Origin: Nitrosopumilus sp.
Lineage (GTDB): Archaea; Thermoproteota; Nitrososphaeria; Nitrososphaerales; Nitrosopumilaceae
Direction: 5' to 3'
Length of the DNA: 64,000 bases
Assembly: GCA_965214775.1 (NCBI GenBank)
Contig: OZ243974.1
Location: 1,888,001-1,952,000, forward strand
Made by a program: the position numbers and the translations under genes. Shown here one piece after another: positions 18,961 through 29,219 of this stretch; position 1 is the first letter of the stretch, and each line of letters begins with the position of its first letter. A model generated the notes under the pieces. That model was not told the origin of the DNA. It ran no database searches and was given only the letters and a program-made list of their open reading frames with translations.

Positions 18961-20178
18961 ATGACTGCAAAGGACTACACAGGGTTGGCAGTTGGGCTGA
19001 GGGAGGCCGAGAGGCGTACAATAATGATCCTCGGCGAGGAGAATTTCGACATAGTACTGGGACTCAAGTCCCTGATGGAGGCACGCAATGTGGACGTCTC
19101 GCTAGGCATGTCCTCCCGTCTTGACGATGAACCGTACAACTCCAAACTACTCGACTGGCTGGAAGAGTTCGATGCCGAGGACGGGGAGATGGAGACTGAG
19201 GGGAAATCGCTGGCTCGCATGGGCTTGGTAAGAAGTACAAGATCCGGCGTGCTCGAGCTTACCGAGGATGGAAGAAGGGTGTATGAGGTCATAAAGACAC
19301 AGTCCGAACAAGAGGAGGTCGTGAGGGTCCAGAATCTTGCCGGGTATGTCAAGGAACTGCCAGAGGAGCATATCATGGGCATCGTGTTGCGTTATTATCC
19401 GTTCATGGCCGGCTTTGACACGAGTTCCCCCACATATGGGGATCTGATATCGGCTCGGAGGAGGCTCGCAGGATACCTGTACAGGGAGAACAAACTTGGT
19501 GTCCGGAACGCGGAGCTGATGGCAGGCACGGACGTGGAGAGCCTTCTCAAGGACGCAGGCAGGCGCCGGACCAGGCGCAACAAGTTCAGGGAACACATGA
19601 CGATCGAGGAAAGGGTCGAGGAGCTCAGCGGGGATGCCAGGGGCTTCTTACTGATGTTAAGCGAACACGACCGCAGTCTAGGATCCGCCCCCACACACAC
19701 GCATGAGAGAGGCATCATCAGATCAATATTTCCAGAGCCGTTAGGCAACGACTATGGCGAGATGCTCCCTCCGGATCCCGCATGGGACGAAATCGCCGAG
19801 GATGCAAAAGACCTTGTGGACTCGGGCCTGATAGAGGACAACATGGGTAGTGGGTTCGATCTTACTGATGACGGAAGGAAGGCGTGCGAGGTGATAAGGG
19901 AGAGGTCTGGCGAGGAGGTCCAGCAGGCCGAGAAATTCAAGGAGTTCCTTGACGGCCTGACCGAAGAGGAGTTTGCGGCCCACTCCCTGTTGGGCAGCCC
20001 ATACCGGGAGGCTAACATTCAAAAGTCCGAAGCGTTTACGAACCTGCTGGCAAAACGCGTCGAGCTTGCAGCGTCCATGTACGCAAAGAACAAGATCGAC
20101 GTCCAGAGGGCCGCGCTAATCGCAGACATGGACGTGAATGAGTTTCTCGCGTACATAGAGGAGCATGGAAGTGGGTAA
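18961..20178 (+). CDS. hypothetical protein with two tandem [wHTH + UPF0175-like] units
   Basis: repeated GL(V/I)..LT(E/D)DGR and LA..(L/M)Y..NK...A...A..DV. Confidence 0.6.
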   Translation: MTAKDYTGLAVGLREAERRTIMILGEENFDIVLGLKSLMEARNVDVSLGMSSRLDDEPYNSKLLDWLEEFDAEDGEMETEGKSLARMGLVRSTRSGVLELTEDGRRVYEVIKTQSEQEEVVRVQNLAGYVKELPEEHIMGIVLRYYPFMAGFDTSSPTYGDLISARRRLAGYLYRENKLGVRNAELMAGTDVESLLKDAGRRRTRRNKFREHMTIEERVEELSGDARGFLLMLSEHDRSLGSAPTHTHERGIIRSIFPEPLGNDYGEMLPPDPAWDEIAEDAKDLVDSGLIEDNMGSGFDLTDDGRKACEVIRERSGEEVQQAEKFKEFLDGLTEEEFAAHSLLGSPYREANIQKSEAFTNLLAKRVELAASMYAKNKIDVQRAALIADMDVNEFLAYIEEHGSG

Positions 20179-20354
20179 ACGCACCCAAGTGCATAAATCT
20201 ATCTTCCCGTCAGTCGCATGCCTTTTTGACACATGGCAGCAACTGCCACAGATTGTCTCCGACCCGGAGCTCCCACCAGATCACCACGACCTGCAGGTGC
20301 CCCGCTTGTAATGTCCTCAAAATCAAATCAGGTGCAGGCGCAGCAGGCGCCCGG

Positions 20355-20872
20355 AGAGTTGATTCGAAATTAGCAGATTCTGATCAAATGGACACAATCA
20401 GTGGATACAGGTACCGACGTCGTACCCTCATCAGGAAAAAACTCGGCGACAAGCTCACCTATGTGTAAAAGGAATACCATGTCACACACCCGGGGATACG
20501 CGCGTACGTGGAGAACGTCATACGCAGGGTCAAAACATGCAGGATCATGGGCGACCTGTACCAGAACCCGCTCAAAAAGTACGACCTTGTCTGCAGCATC
20601 ATATGCGGGATGGTCAACGAGGGGATGCCGGCCAGGATCGCCGCTGCTGCGCCCTGAGAGATGATCTAAAATTAGAAGCCGTACGAATTTTTCAAGTAAT
20701 TTCACAGATAATCTGTATTTTGTTGGTGTTTTGAGCCGTTCTATAGCAACGGGCAGAAGTCTTTGAGTCAAAGCAGGTCATAACTACACGTAAAAAACCT
20801 CAATTATTTCTGCTCGTTGCTATATGCAAGATTCGTCCACAAATAATGAGTCTGCTAATTTCGAATCAACTC
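20355..20872 (+). mobile_element. IS5(ISL2)-type deleted element plus MITE
   Basis: IR AGAGTTGATTCGAAATTAG; transposase tail RAYVENVIRRVK..YQNPLKKYD. Confidence 0.7.
20744..20822. mobile_element. MITE with IR TAGCAACG.GCAGAA
   Basis: IR pair with TA flanks; empty version of 36607-36952. Confidence 0.75.
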
Positions 20873-20998
20873 AGGTAACAAGAAAAAGGATCCTTTCGAT
20901 TCACATTTCGCTTAGCTGGCAAAGGAACAACAAGATTGCTGCCATGATTACAAGCCTGCACAAAATTCTTTATTAGTAAGAAATTTCTTACTTTTTGT

Positions 20999-21265
20999 AT
21001 GGAAGACACGATTCTAAAAACAATCACCGTATCAGAAAAAGGACAAATCACAATTCCAAGAGAAATTCAAAAAAAACTTGGGATCAACAAAGGAGACAAC
21101 CTAATAGTGGCAAAGATTCATGAAAAAATCGTAATCTTACTTGAGTCGGATTTTTTAAAAATTCTCGAAGATGATTTTGAGGATGTGATGAAATACTCAG
21201 AGTCATCACTGGAGAAAATTTGGTCAGACAAAGGAGACAAGGTATGGGAGAAATATCTGCAATGA
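20999..21265 (+). CDS. AbrB/MazE-family antitoxin
   Basis: VSEKGQITIPREI..LGI..GD. Confidence 0.88.
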   Translation: MEDTILKTITVSEKGQITIPREIQKKLGINKGDNLIVAKIHEKIVILLESDFLKILEDDFEDVMKYSESSLEKIWSDKGDKVWEKYLQ

Positions 21266-21597
21266 CATCACAAGGAGACATCGTATTGCTATCATTTCCG
21301 TTCTCCGATCTTAAAAGCACAAAGGTAAGGCCTGCAATTGTTTTATCAAACAACAAATACAATAAGGCATCTCAAGATATAATTGCAGTACCGATAACCT
21401 CAAATCTCAAAGTAGGCCAATTTGATATTTTGATAAAAAACAAAGACTTGGAAAAGGGAAAATTGATTGTTGACAGTAAGATCAAGACAGATAAAATTTT
21501 CTCAGTTGAGAAAAGATTTATCCAGAAAAATTTGGGCAGTATTAACAAGCAAACATTTGCAAAATTAAAAACGAATGTTTTGGATATTTTAAATTGA
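21262..21597 (+). CDS. PemK/MazF-family toxin
   Basis: GDIVL..FPFSD...K.RPAIVLS; ATGA overlap with the antitoxin. Confidence 0.9.
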   Translation: MTSQGDIVLLSFPFSDLKSTKVRPAIVLSNNKYNKASQDIIAVPITSNLKVGQFDILIKNKDLEKGKLIVDSKIKTDKIFSVEKRFIQKNLGSINKQTFAKLKTNVLDILN

Positions 21598-21700
21598 AAT
21601 TTTCAGAGCCGTCAAGAAACTAGATTTGATTAAAAAACAATCTAAATGATGGAAAAAGCATCTCCGAAGAAACGTGTTCGGACACGAGGGGTTCAGGATA

Positions 21701-22629
21701 ATGGAGAGGTCGAAGCTCAGATTGTGCAAGTTCTGCGACTCTGGCAACGTCATCAAGAAGGGAACAAGAAAAAACAAGAATGGCGATGTGCAGATTTTCA
21801 AGTGTAGCGACTGCAACAGTTGATTTACGGCAAACCTTGGCTTTGAGAAAAAACAGTTTGACGACAGAACCATAACTGCTTCCATGCAGATGTACTATAC
21901 GGGAATGTCGGTGCGGAATATCGCAGACCATTACGAGATGATGGGAATTGATGTGTGCCATAAGACCGTCTACAACTGGATTGACGAGTACTCCAAACTC
22001 ACCACACGGTACATAAACGGAATCGTCCCGATGGTCGGCAGCTGGTTCAGGGCCGACGAGTTGTGGGTAAAAATCGCAGGAAAGCAGTGCTATCTTTTTG
22101 CATCAATGGATGATGACACACGCTACTGGCTGGCTTCCGACCTTGCAGACAACAAGTTCCAGCACAATGCGGACAGCCTGCTACAGCTAACCAAGCTGCA
22201 AGCTGGCAAGTCACCCAGGAACTTTATCACTGATGGCCTGCATGCATACATGAAATCATCCAAGAAGGTGTTTGGAAATAAGACAAACCATGTAAGGCAC
22301 ATCCACCTGGCTGGAAAAAGAGACCGTGACAATAACAACAAGATGGAGAGGCTCAACGGCGAGATCAGAGACCGCGAGAAGGTGTTCCGGGGCCTCAAGA
22401 AGATGGATACTGCTATACTTGACGGAATGAGGGTATACTATAATTTCACGAAAAAACACGGTGCACTGGACGGCCAGACCCCGGCAGAATCGGCCCTGAT
22501 AAGCGTGGACGGTACGAACAAGCGGAAGACGATAATCCAGAACGCCTCACTAAGTAAAAATTCAGCCTAGTCGTAAAAATCGAATCTGAAGAAGATCCAT
22601 ATTTCAGGTCTCGAAGATTACACAGAACC
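21701..22629 (+). mobile_element. IS6-family element; transposase has a premature TGA at 21821
   Basis: N-terminal Zn ribbon, RADE, ITDG, NNKMER; right end ...ACAGAACC. Confidence 0.85.
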
Positions 22630-22635
22630 CCAGAT

Positions 22636-23695
22636 TCTATTGTACGAAAAGTCGGTCCGCCTAGGATCAGGAGGACAATAGCGGACTATTTTAGGCTGTA
22701 CCGATCACGAAAAACCATGAAAAAAATACTGACAGAAGAGTCACGGCAGTACCTAGTAAGACAGTGCAAGAAAGGCGTCGCGTCCTCCAAGATAGCAAAG
22801 GATCTGAACATCACGGCAAGGCACGTAAGGAGGCTGTGGGCCCGGTTCCAGGCAACAGGTACGACGCGCGTGAAAATGGGCAGGCCGCATGTCCCGGTCA
22901 CAGCCGCCCAGATACGTCTGGTGACCGGGACGCACGAGGGCGAACCGACAGGCGTACTGCGCACCGCAGGCAGGCTGAGGCACAATCACAATACAAGCTA
23001 CCGTGCAGTATACCGCATAATGAAGAAGAACAACCTGGTGGTCCCGTCTGCGGCAAAATCAAAAAAGAGGGGATACGTCCGCTACGAACGCAAGTACTCC
23101 AACGCGATGTGGCACGCAGACTGGCATGAAATGAAGGATCCGCGCCTAAAGGGACTCAATCTAGTCACGTATCTTGACGATGCCTCAAGGTGCATTACGG
23201 GGGCCGCACTATTTGAGCATGCCACCTCTGAGAACGCCGTAATGACACTCAGGCTGGCGATTGAACGGTTTGGCACGCCTGCATCCATACTGTCTGACAA
23301 TGGCTCGTGCTTTGTAGGACAGAACGGCAGAAAAAAGGCGGCCTCCAAAGGCGGCACCGGCATGGGGACGTGGCAGTCCACGCTCTTTGAGGAGGAGCTG
23401 CTTGCACGGGACATCATCCTGATAAACACCGGGCCCTACCACCCGCAGACCAACGGCAAGCTTGAGCGGTTCCATCGCACCATCGAGGAGAAGATATGGC
23501 ATTATGACGGCCTGAGGCAGTACGTGGACTATTACAACGAGAGAAGGCCCCCACTTTTCGTTTGACATTGCCAACTGTGAGACGCCGCTTCTGGCGTTTA
23601 GAAGCAAGGAGGCAACGGAAGCGATCAGGAGGAAGGACCCAAAATGGATGGAGAGGGATGCAGATGACTAGCGGACCGACTTTTCATATAATACA
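22636..23695 (+). mobile_element. IS481-family element (transposase 22717-~23670, frameshift near the 3' end)
   Basis: 24-bp IR; WHAD, DDASR, SDNG, NGKLERF. Confidence 0.9.
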
Positions 23696-23745
23696 ACAGA
23701 ACCACTACGCACAATCTTTTTTTATAGGCCAGTGGAACAACAAGC

Positions 23746-23883
23746 ATGTCTGGAACAAAGCAGCTAGAATCCCCGCCATTGTCTGACGAGGAGATACGGG
23801 ACATCAAGGAGTTTTACGCCCATCCCGAAGGACACAAAAAAGGAACCCTTCAAGAGCTGCTTGATGAACTGCACAGAGTATAG
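23746..23883 (+). CDS. small acidic putative antitoxin
   Basis: LSDEEIRDIKE..TLQELLDEL; lies directly upstream of a RelE-like gene. Confidence 0.6.
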   Translation: MSGTKQLESPPLSDEEIRDIKEFYAHPEGHKKGTLQELLDELHRV

Positions 23884-23885
23884 GA

Positions 23886-24147
23886 ATGTGGGAGTTAATC
23901 TGGTCTGAAAGATTCATCAAGCAGTACAAAAAACTGGACAGTAAAATAAGACAGTGTAGATGATGCAATTACCGTCCTTGCAACATCTGATAGTCCGTCT
24001 GCCCTTGGCACATACAAATCCGGAATGAGAACGTTTTCCTATGAGTTGGGCCGCAAACATAGAATCATATACTTTATCCAATACCAAGCTGGAGCAATAG
24101 AATTGCTACGAGTGTGTGACCACAAGTCAGCATACGGTAAGGACTGA
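23886..24147 (+). pseudogene. RelE/ParE-like toxin, frameshifted near 23955
   Basis: WSERFIKQYKKL ... HRIIY..IELLRVCDHKSAY in two frames. Confidence 0.65.
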
Positions 24148-24378
24148 CTCCATCTCCCACCGGAGACGATCCCATCCAGACTCGCACTATACCGTGACCC
24201 GCCCAGTATGGCAACTGGATCTTGTGCGTAATCGACCGCGATTAAAAATTCCACATGGTTTTCCAAACACAGGTGCGTTGATCAGATCAAGCTGCTGCAT
24301 GCATAGTCAACTCATAAAAAACGGATAGTTTCGGCAGCTGCTTTTGGCCCAAGGATCTAAATGAAGAGCATAAACTCT

Positions 24379-24669
24379 TCAAATCGGGGACTTGGTTCCG
24401 AGGTACTCCATGATGTCATCCGCGAAGCTGGTAGTCCTCAGGTATTCTGACAGCGCATGTCTCATCTCCTCGAATGTTGCATAGTACTCGGAGACGAGGA
24501 CGTCCCGCTTTGTCTGGTGCCAGTATTCCTCCATGCCGCTGAGCTCCGGGGTGGCAACCGGCAGATACCTGACCCTTACGGTATCTGGATTGTCTGCCAC
24601 GAACTTTTTTACATCCCGGGTGGTATGCGCAGACGCGCCGTCCATTATTGCCAGGACCTTTCCAAACAT
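24379..24669 (-). pseudogene. IS630 transposase C-terminal fragment
   Basis: MDGASAH, YLPVATPEL. Confidence 0.8.
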
Positions 24670-24739
24670 CTCTGGCCTAGAGATCTGGCCACCAAACCAA
24701 GGAAAATCCGAATCCGGTGAAGTTCCATATCCCCAATTT

Positions 24740-24839
24740 TACATAGAACCAAAAACCGGAACAGTCCAATGGAAATAATGGGTAATGGTGACTAGGGTCG
24801 GAGAATATCCATGTTTCAGGTCTCTAAGATTACAGAACC
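24740..24839 (+). mobile_element. IS6 right-end remnant
   Basis: tttcaggtctc.aagatta..agaacc matches 22602-22629. Confidence 0.6.
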
Positions 24840-25033
24840 TTGCCGCGCAATACCTAAATCAGGAGTGCCAGATCGATTATCGGAACGCAAAAAGGATCCA
24901 ATATAGTTATGGTACCCTGAAAATCCGTTATTTTTAAAAAAATTGCAAGTTTTCTTTCAAATAATTGAAATTACGTAGCATATTTTTCCCAAAACCTACA
25001 TATATTAAATCACAAGGAGAATTTTCTAACAAC

Positions 25034-25489
25034 TTGCACCGATTTGATGAATTGGATATGAAATTACTTTATGAACTAACAAAAGATGGCTCCATTTCAA
25101 TTCCGACTTTGTCAAAGAAGCTCGGAATTAACGCATCTGTACTGTACAGCAGAATCAAGAGACTGATGAAGAAAAAACTAATCAAGAAATTTACCGTTGA
25201 AATTGACGATTCCCTCCTGGGCATTGGCGTAAAGGCCTCTGTGGGAATAAACAGGGATCCTAAGTTCAAAGACACAATCCACAAACAGTTCATGGAAACT
25301 CCCGAAGTAGTCTCGATTTCTGAAGTTACCGGACGGTTTGACATCATGATTCAGGTTTATGCCAAAAACCTGGAATCGCTTCATTCTGTAGTAATCGAAA
25401 AAATAGGAAAGATTCCGGGCATTCAAAACACCGAAACGTTTGTCCAACTGCAAAAAACTGACAAGGATCCTGTGTATCTGATTCAGTAA
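25034..25489 (+). CDS. Lrp/AsnC transcriptional regulator
   Basis: DELD..LL..L..DG HTH; VTGRFD. Confidence 0.93.
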   Translation: MHRFDELDMKLLYELTKDGSISIPTLSKKLGINASVLYSRIKRLMKKKLIKKFTVEIDDSLLGIGVKASVGINRDPKFKDTIHKQFMETPEVVSISEVTGRFDIMIQVYAKNLESLHSVVIEKIGKIPGIQNTETFVQLQKTDKDPVYLIQ

Positions 25490-25969
25490 TTATTGGAACT
25501 TTTCATCCCATTTGCCCTCGTTGATCTCTGCTGTGATCTCTTTGGGCGTCTTTCCTTCAACTTTCACACCCAGGGCAAGACACGTCCCAACGATGGTCTT
25601 TGCCACTGATTTTAATGACGAGGCATACGATTTCTCAAGCTTTGTATTTGCCACTTTGACAACAGAGTCCATTGTGACATCGCCGGCCCACTCGGTCCCC
25701 GATGCTCCGGAACCCTTCTGAATTCCGGCTTCCTTCATAATTAGTGCAGCAGCTGACGGAATGCCGATTTCAATCTCGTACTTTTTGGTATCGCTATCAA
25801 CAATTACCGTCACTGGAACCTTCATCCCTTCAAAGTCCTTGGTTTTGTCATTAATTGCATTGATTACTTCCATAATGTTGACTCCCAGAGGGCCCAAAGC
25901 CGGACCTAGTGGCGGACCTGCCGATGCTGCTGCTCCCGTTACAAGTGATGATACTTTTTGCTCTCCCAT
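25490..25969 (-). CDS. rpl11: 50S ribosomal protein L11
   Basis: AGPPLGPALGPLGVN. Confidence 0.97.
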   Translation of the reverse strand: MGEQKVSSLVTGAAASAGPPLGPALGPLGVNIMEVINAINDKTKDFEGMKVPVTVIVDSDTKKYEIEIGIPSAAALIMKEAGIQKGSGASGTEWAGDVTMDSVVKVANTKLEKSYASSLKSVAKTIVGTCLALGVKVEGKTPKEITAEINEGKWDEKFQ

Positions 25970-26003
25970 GCCTGTTGCCCCATTATGAAAAATTTAATCC
26001 TTG

Positions 26004-26462
26004 CTAAGCCTCACTTGATAGTTTTAGGTAATTTGCGTCCACTGTGACTGGTAATTGATATGATGCATCCAACAATACTACCGTTGCCTCTTCTTTTTCG
26101 GGATCAATTCTGGTAATGGTTGCCTTCATCCCTTTGAATGGCCCTCCCGTAATTTCAACGACGTTGTCTACTGCTAATTGTGAAACCGTTGATTTCTTGA
26201 TTAGATACCCCTCGATATCCTTGAATTGCAACTCTCCCCTAAGCTGGCCTCTGATGTGTCTTACCCCCTCTATTGCCATGTATGCATCACTTGGATTGAC
26301 TGCCTCAATTACGACATATCCCTTTAGGTTATCTACCAGCAAAACTGACTGGATGTTGATCTGATTTGCGTTGGCTTTTGCCTCTAGCAATCTCATTACC
26401 ACTTTTTCCTGCCCCCCCGTGGTCCTGATTGCAAACAAATGTGATTTGACTTCTTCAGACAA
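26004..26462 (-). CDS. spt5: transcription elongation factor Spt5/NusG
   Basis: RTTGGQE, KGYV, GGPFKG (KOW). Confidence 0.96.
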   Translation of the reverse strand: MSEEVKSHLFAIRTTGGQEKVVMRLLEAKANANQINIQSVLLVDNLKGYVVIEAVNPSDAYMAIEGVRHIRGQLRGELQFKDIEGYLIKKSTVSQLAVDNVVEITGGPFKGMKATITRIDPEKEEATVVLLDASYQLPVTVDANYLKLSSEA

Positions 26463-26464
26463 TT

Positions 26465-26638
26465 TTACCTGCCAAATGTAATCACCGAAAATACGAACTG
26501 AATGGTAAATCCTATAGCACCCACACCGGCAATCCCTAACAACACCAATCTCAAATGTTGCTGATACTCATCTTTGTCGGGCTTTTTTGCCATCTTCATG
26601 GTATTTGCCATATTTTTTAGCATCTGTCTTGGATTCAT
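26465..26638 (-). CDS. secE: protein translocase SecE/Sec61 gamma
   Basis: manual translation MNPRQMLKN..AKKPDKDEY plus a TM helix; upstream of spt5. Confidence 0.92.
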   Translation of the reverse strand: MNPRQMLKNMANTMKMAKKPDKDEYQQHLRLVLLGIAGVGAIGFTIQFVFSVITFGR

Positions 26639-26677
26639 TGCTGAAAATTAATAGGGTGTCCTTATATCTCTTATCTC

Positions 26678-27454
26678 ATGGAGTTGCTGGTTGCGTATCA
26701 AGACGACCCTGCCGGAAGCAGCATGGCAGAATTCCTGTCCAAAAGCATGAATACTCAGGATGGTATTTTTCGAGGGGAACATTATGATTTGGTGACTATT
26801 CCAACTCCCGCAATTTCTGCAGACTGGCTGGAAGAAAAATTTGATTATGACGGATTTGTTTTTCTTTCCAAGCATGCAGCAGACTCTGGAGTACTGGCAC
26901 TTACCTGTCATAGCACTGGAAATTTTTCAGAAGCAAGGTTTGGCGGAAATGATCGACAGGTGGCCGTTCCTCACCCCCACCTTCAAAAAACGTACCTTCA
27001 AACCCTGAAAGAAAACGAGCCGAAATTTTCCGGTTTCCAAATCACCATCGAGGCGACCCACCATGGTCCTACCGCCCTGCGAAAACCCTCAATCTTTATC
27101 GAAGTTGGAACCACTGAAAAACAATGGACTGATGCCTCGCTGTGTTCCTCTGTGGCATCAATAGTTGATTCTGTGATGAAAAAGCCCGTAAAAGAATTTC
27201 CGGTTGCTGTCTGTTTTGGGGGCACCCATTATCCGGCGAAATTTACAAACGAACTGCTGACAGGAGATCATGCCCTTGGAACCGTTGTTCCAAAACACGC
27301 GCTGGATAACATCGATGACGAACTGTTCAATCATATTATGGAGCAGAACAGCATGGCAAAATCCGCATTGCTGGATTGGAACGGTCTTGGCCCAAACAAA
27401 CAAAGGATTCTTGATCTGCTGGCTTTTACAAATCTTGAGGTGATCAAACTTTGA
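26678..27454 (+). CDS. dtdA: D-aminoacyl-tRNA deacylase (archaeal DTD2)
   Basis: SKH, LTCH.TGN, EATHHGP, FIEVG, GGTHY. Confidence 0.93.
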   Translation: MELLVAYQDDPAGSSMAEFLSKSMNTQDGIFRGEHYDLVTIPTPAISADWLEEKFDYDGFVFLSKHAADSGVLALTCHSTGNFSEARFGGNDRQVAVPHPHLQKTYLQTLKENEPKFSGFQITIEATHHGPTALRKPSIFIEVGTTEKQWTDASLCSSVASIVDSVMKKPVKEFPVAVCFGGTHYPAKFTNELLTGDHALGTVVPKHALDNIDDELFNHIMEQNSMAKSALLDWNGLGPNKQRILDLLAFTNLEVIKL

Positions 27455-27750
27455 ATCTGGAGCAAAAAATTTACAAAAAGCTACTCAAAGTTCCAAAAGG
27501 ACAGGTTACGACATACGGTGAGCTGGCAAAGGCAGTCGGTTTGAAAAATGGCCAAAGGGCTGTTGGAAAAATCATGAACAAGAACCCCTATCCAGTGATC
27601 GTCCCGTGTCACAGGGTCGTAATGTCTACTGGCAAAATTGGCGGATATGCATACGGCAAGCATGTCAAAGCAAAAATGCTAAACGACGAAGGAATTGAAA
27701 TCAGGGACGGGAAAATTATTGACTGGGAAGACAGGGTTTACCGTTTCTAG
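27451..27750 (+). CDS. ogt: MGMT-family alkyl-DNA repair protein
   Basis: TYGELA, RAVG, PCHRV. Confidence 0.92.
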   Translation: MNLEQKIYKKLLKVPKGQVTTYGELAKAVGLKNGQRAVGKIMNKNPYPVIVPCHRVVMSTGKIGGYAYGKHVKAKMLNDEGIEIRDGKIIDWEDRVYRF

Positions 27751-27751
27751 C

Positions 27752-27869
27752 GTAACAGGTTAGCCACTGCCTAGAGTTGGAGTTGCATCCCTTGCCGGCC
27801 CGGCATGAAAATCACAGCTGCAAGCAGATTCGTGCCTGATTGCTGCCTAGGCAGGGGCTAACCTGTTAC
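27752..27869. mobile_element. IS66-type MITE
   Basis: 23-bp IR GTAACAGGTTAGCC(A/C)CTGCCTAG. Confidence 0.85.
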
Positions 27870-27924
27870 GATTCAGACAATTTCCCAACTACACGGTCAC
27901 TCCGTGCAACAACTGCCCGTTGGT

Positions 27925-28191
27925 CTAATTCCACCAAGGTTCCCTGTAGGGATTAAGATAGCATTGCAGGCGCTCGCTCCATTCCAACGTTGAGATGTCT
28001 ATCCCGCCGATGCTGACTGCATCAGAGAGCGGCCATATGCACGGCCCTCCAAGATGGCCATAAATTAAAAGATTGAGTATCATCATGCCAAAAGATGCTC
28101 CAAAAAGAAAGCCTGTCGTAGCCCCCAGAATTAGAAAAAAGTAGGGTTTAGTAAGTGACATGCCACCAATATACGTAAACTCCCATATCAA
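27925..28191 (-). CDS. small hypothetical membrane protein
   Basis: hydrophobic N-terminal half. Confidence 0.45.
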   Translation of the reverse strand: MIWEFTYIGGMSLTKPYFFLILGATTGFLFGASFGMMILNLLIYGHLGGPCIWPLSDAVSIGGIDISTLEWSERLQCYLNPYREPWWN

Positions 28192-28208
28192 ATTATGCTC
28201 TTACGTTT

Positions 28209-28682
28209 CTAGCTGCTGGTGCTGCTACTGCTTTTTCTTTTAGCCTTGAGTTCGTCCATCAAAGTTCTAAGGTGGGCTTTGTTCCTAACAGTGTTGCCGC
28301 CTACCTTTTTGTAGAGCGTCCAAAATTCCTGATTTGTTAAATCCTTCCTGTCTTTGGCAATTTTTAGCAGGCGCCTAAGCGAACGGACCTTGGCAACATA
28401 TACCTCCTTTTTACCTACCCTTGCCCCCTTTCTTCCTTGTTTGGAGCCCTGCTTTGTTCCTCTCTTGTTTCTCTGCTCTTTCTTAGTCTGAGCCCTTCCT
28501 CTGGATGTTCCGGTAAATGTCTTGATCTTTATCGTATTTGCCGTGATGAGACTCCTGATGTTATCTCTGGTGATTGCATCGGCAACATCATCGAGGTGAT
28601 CCGCATCAAATTTGATTCGGTGAACCCCTACACCTGTAACTCTGGCTGCGAGTCTTTTCTTAGCTTTAAGGTTTACTACCAC
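28209..28682 (-). CDS. rpl19e: 50S ribosomal protein L19e
   Basis: KRLAA, TSRGR, GSKQGRKGAR. Confidence 0.96.
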   Translation of the reverse strand: MVVNLKAKKRLAARVTGVGVHRIKFDADHLDDVADAITRDNIRSLITANTIKIKTFTGTSRGRAQTKKEQRNKRGTKQGSKQGRKGARVGKKEVYVAKVRSLRRLLKIAKDRKDLTNQEFWTLYKKVGGNTVRNKAHLRTLMDELKAKRKSSSSTSS

Positions 28683-29070
28683 TTGTACTCACCCTTGCAT
28701 TGAAAATTTTAAATTTTCCTTCTATTGCCTTGGCAACAACCTGTTTTCTTTTTCTAGTCCCGACGCTGTGGCCAAACCTAATCCCGTCTTTCTTTGGATC
28801 TAGTTTTTCTAAATCACTCATGTTGTAAACCAAATTATCTGTAAACCCTGACGGATGCAGCCCTCTTGCCTCTTTTGGACCTCCGTACCCGACCTTGACA
28901 AGTCCTGGCCTGCCCCTGCTTTTCTGTTTTCTTTGGTGATGATCAATGCCCTTTGGTTTTCTCCAGTTGGTTTGAAGCCTAACATATCTCCAGCTTTCAG
29001 GCCTTACAAAATCGGGATTATTTTCTTTAACTTCCCGTCTTTTTGCAATCTTGTCCTTGTTGATCGGCAT
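28666..29070 (-). CDS. rpl32e: 50S ribosomal protein L32e
   Basis: WRKPKGID, VGYG, GLHPSG. Confidence 0.96.
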   Translation of the reverse strand: MPINKDKIAKRREVKENNPDFVRPESWRYVRLQTNWRKPKGIDHHQRKQKSRGRPGLVKVGYGGPKEARGLHPSGFTDNLVYNMSDLEKLDPKKDGIRFGHSVGTRKRKQVVAKAIEGKFKIFNARVSTSGSKP

Positions 29071-29219
29071 TAGACTGACTCTTGAATTTTGAAATAAATA
29101 CGTTCCTAGACGAGAAAAAATCTCCGATAGGAAAGAGATAATAAGGAAACTCGAGGCGGATCGAAATATCTCATGAATAGGCCTGGGATCAAACAAATTA
29201 TTTTTGGAGGGAAAACTCT

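Noticed and set aside
22622-23703. ACAGAACC on both sides of IS481 as a TSD
   Set aside because: The left copy is the IS6 terminus and is not adjacent to the IS481 end; the remaining bases do not match
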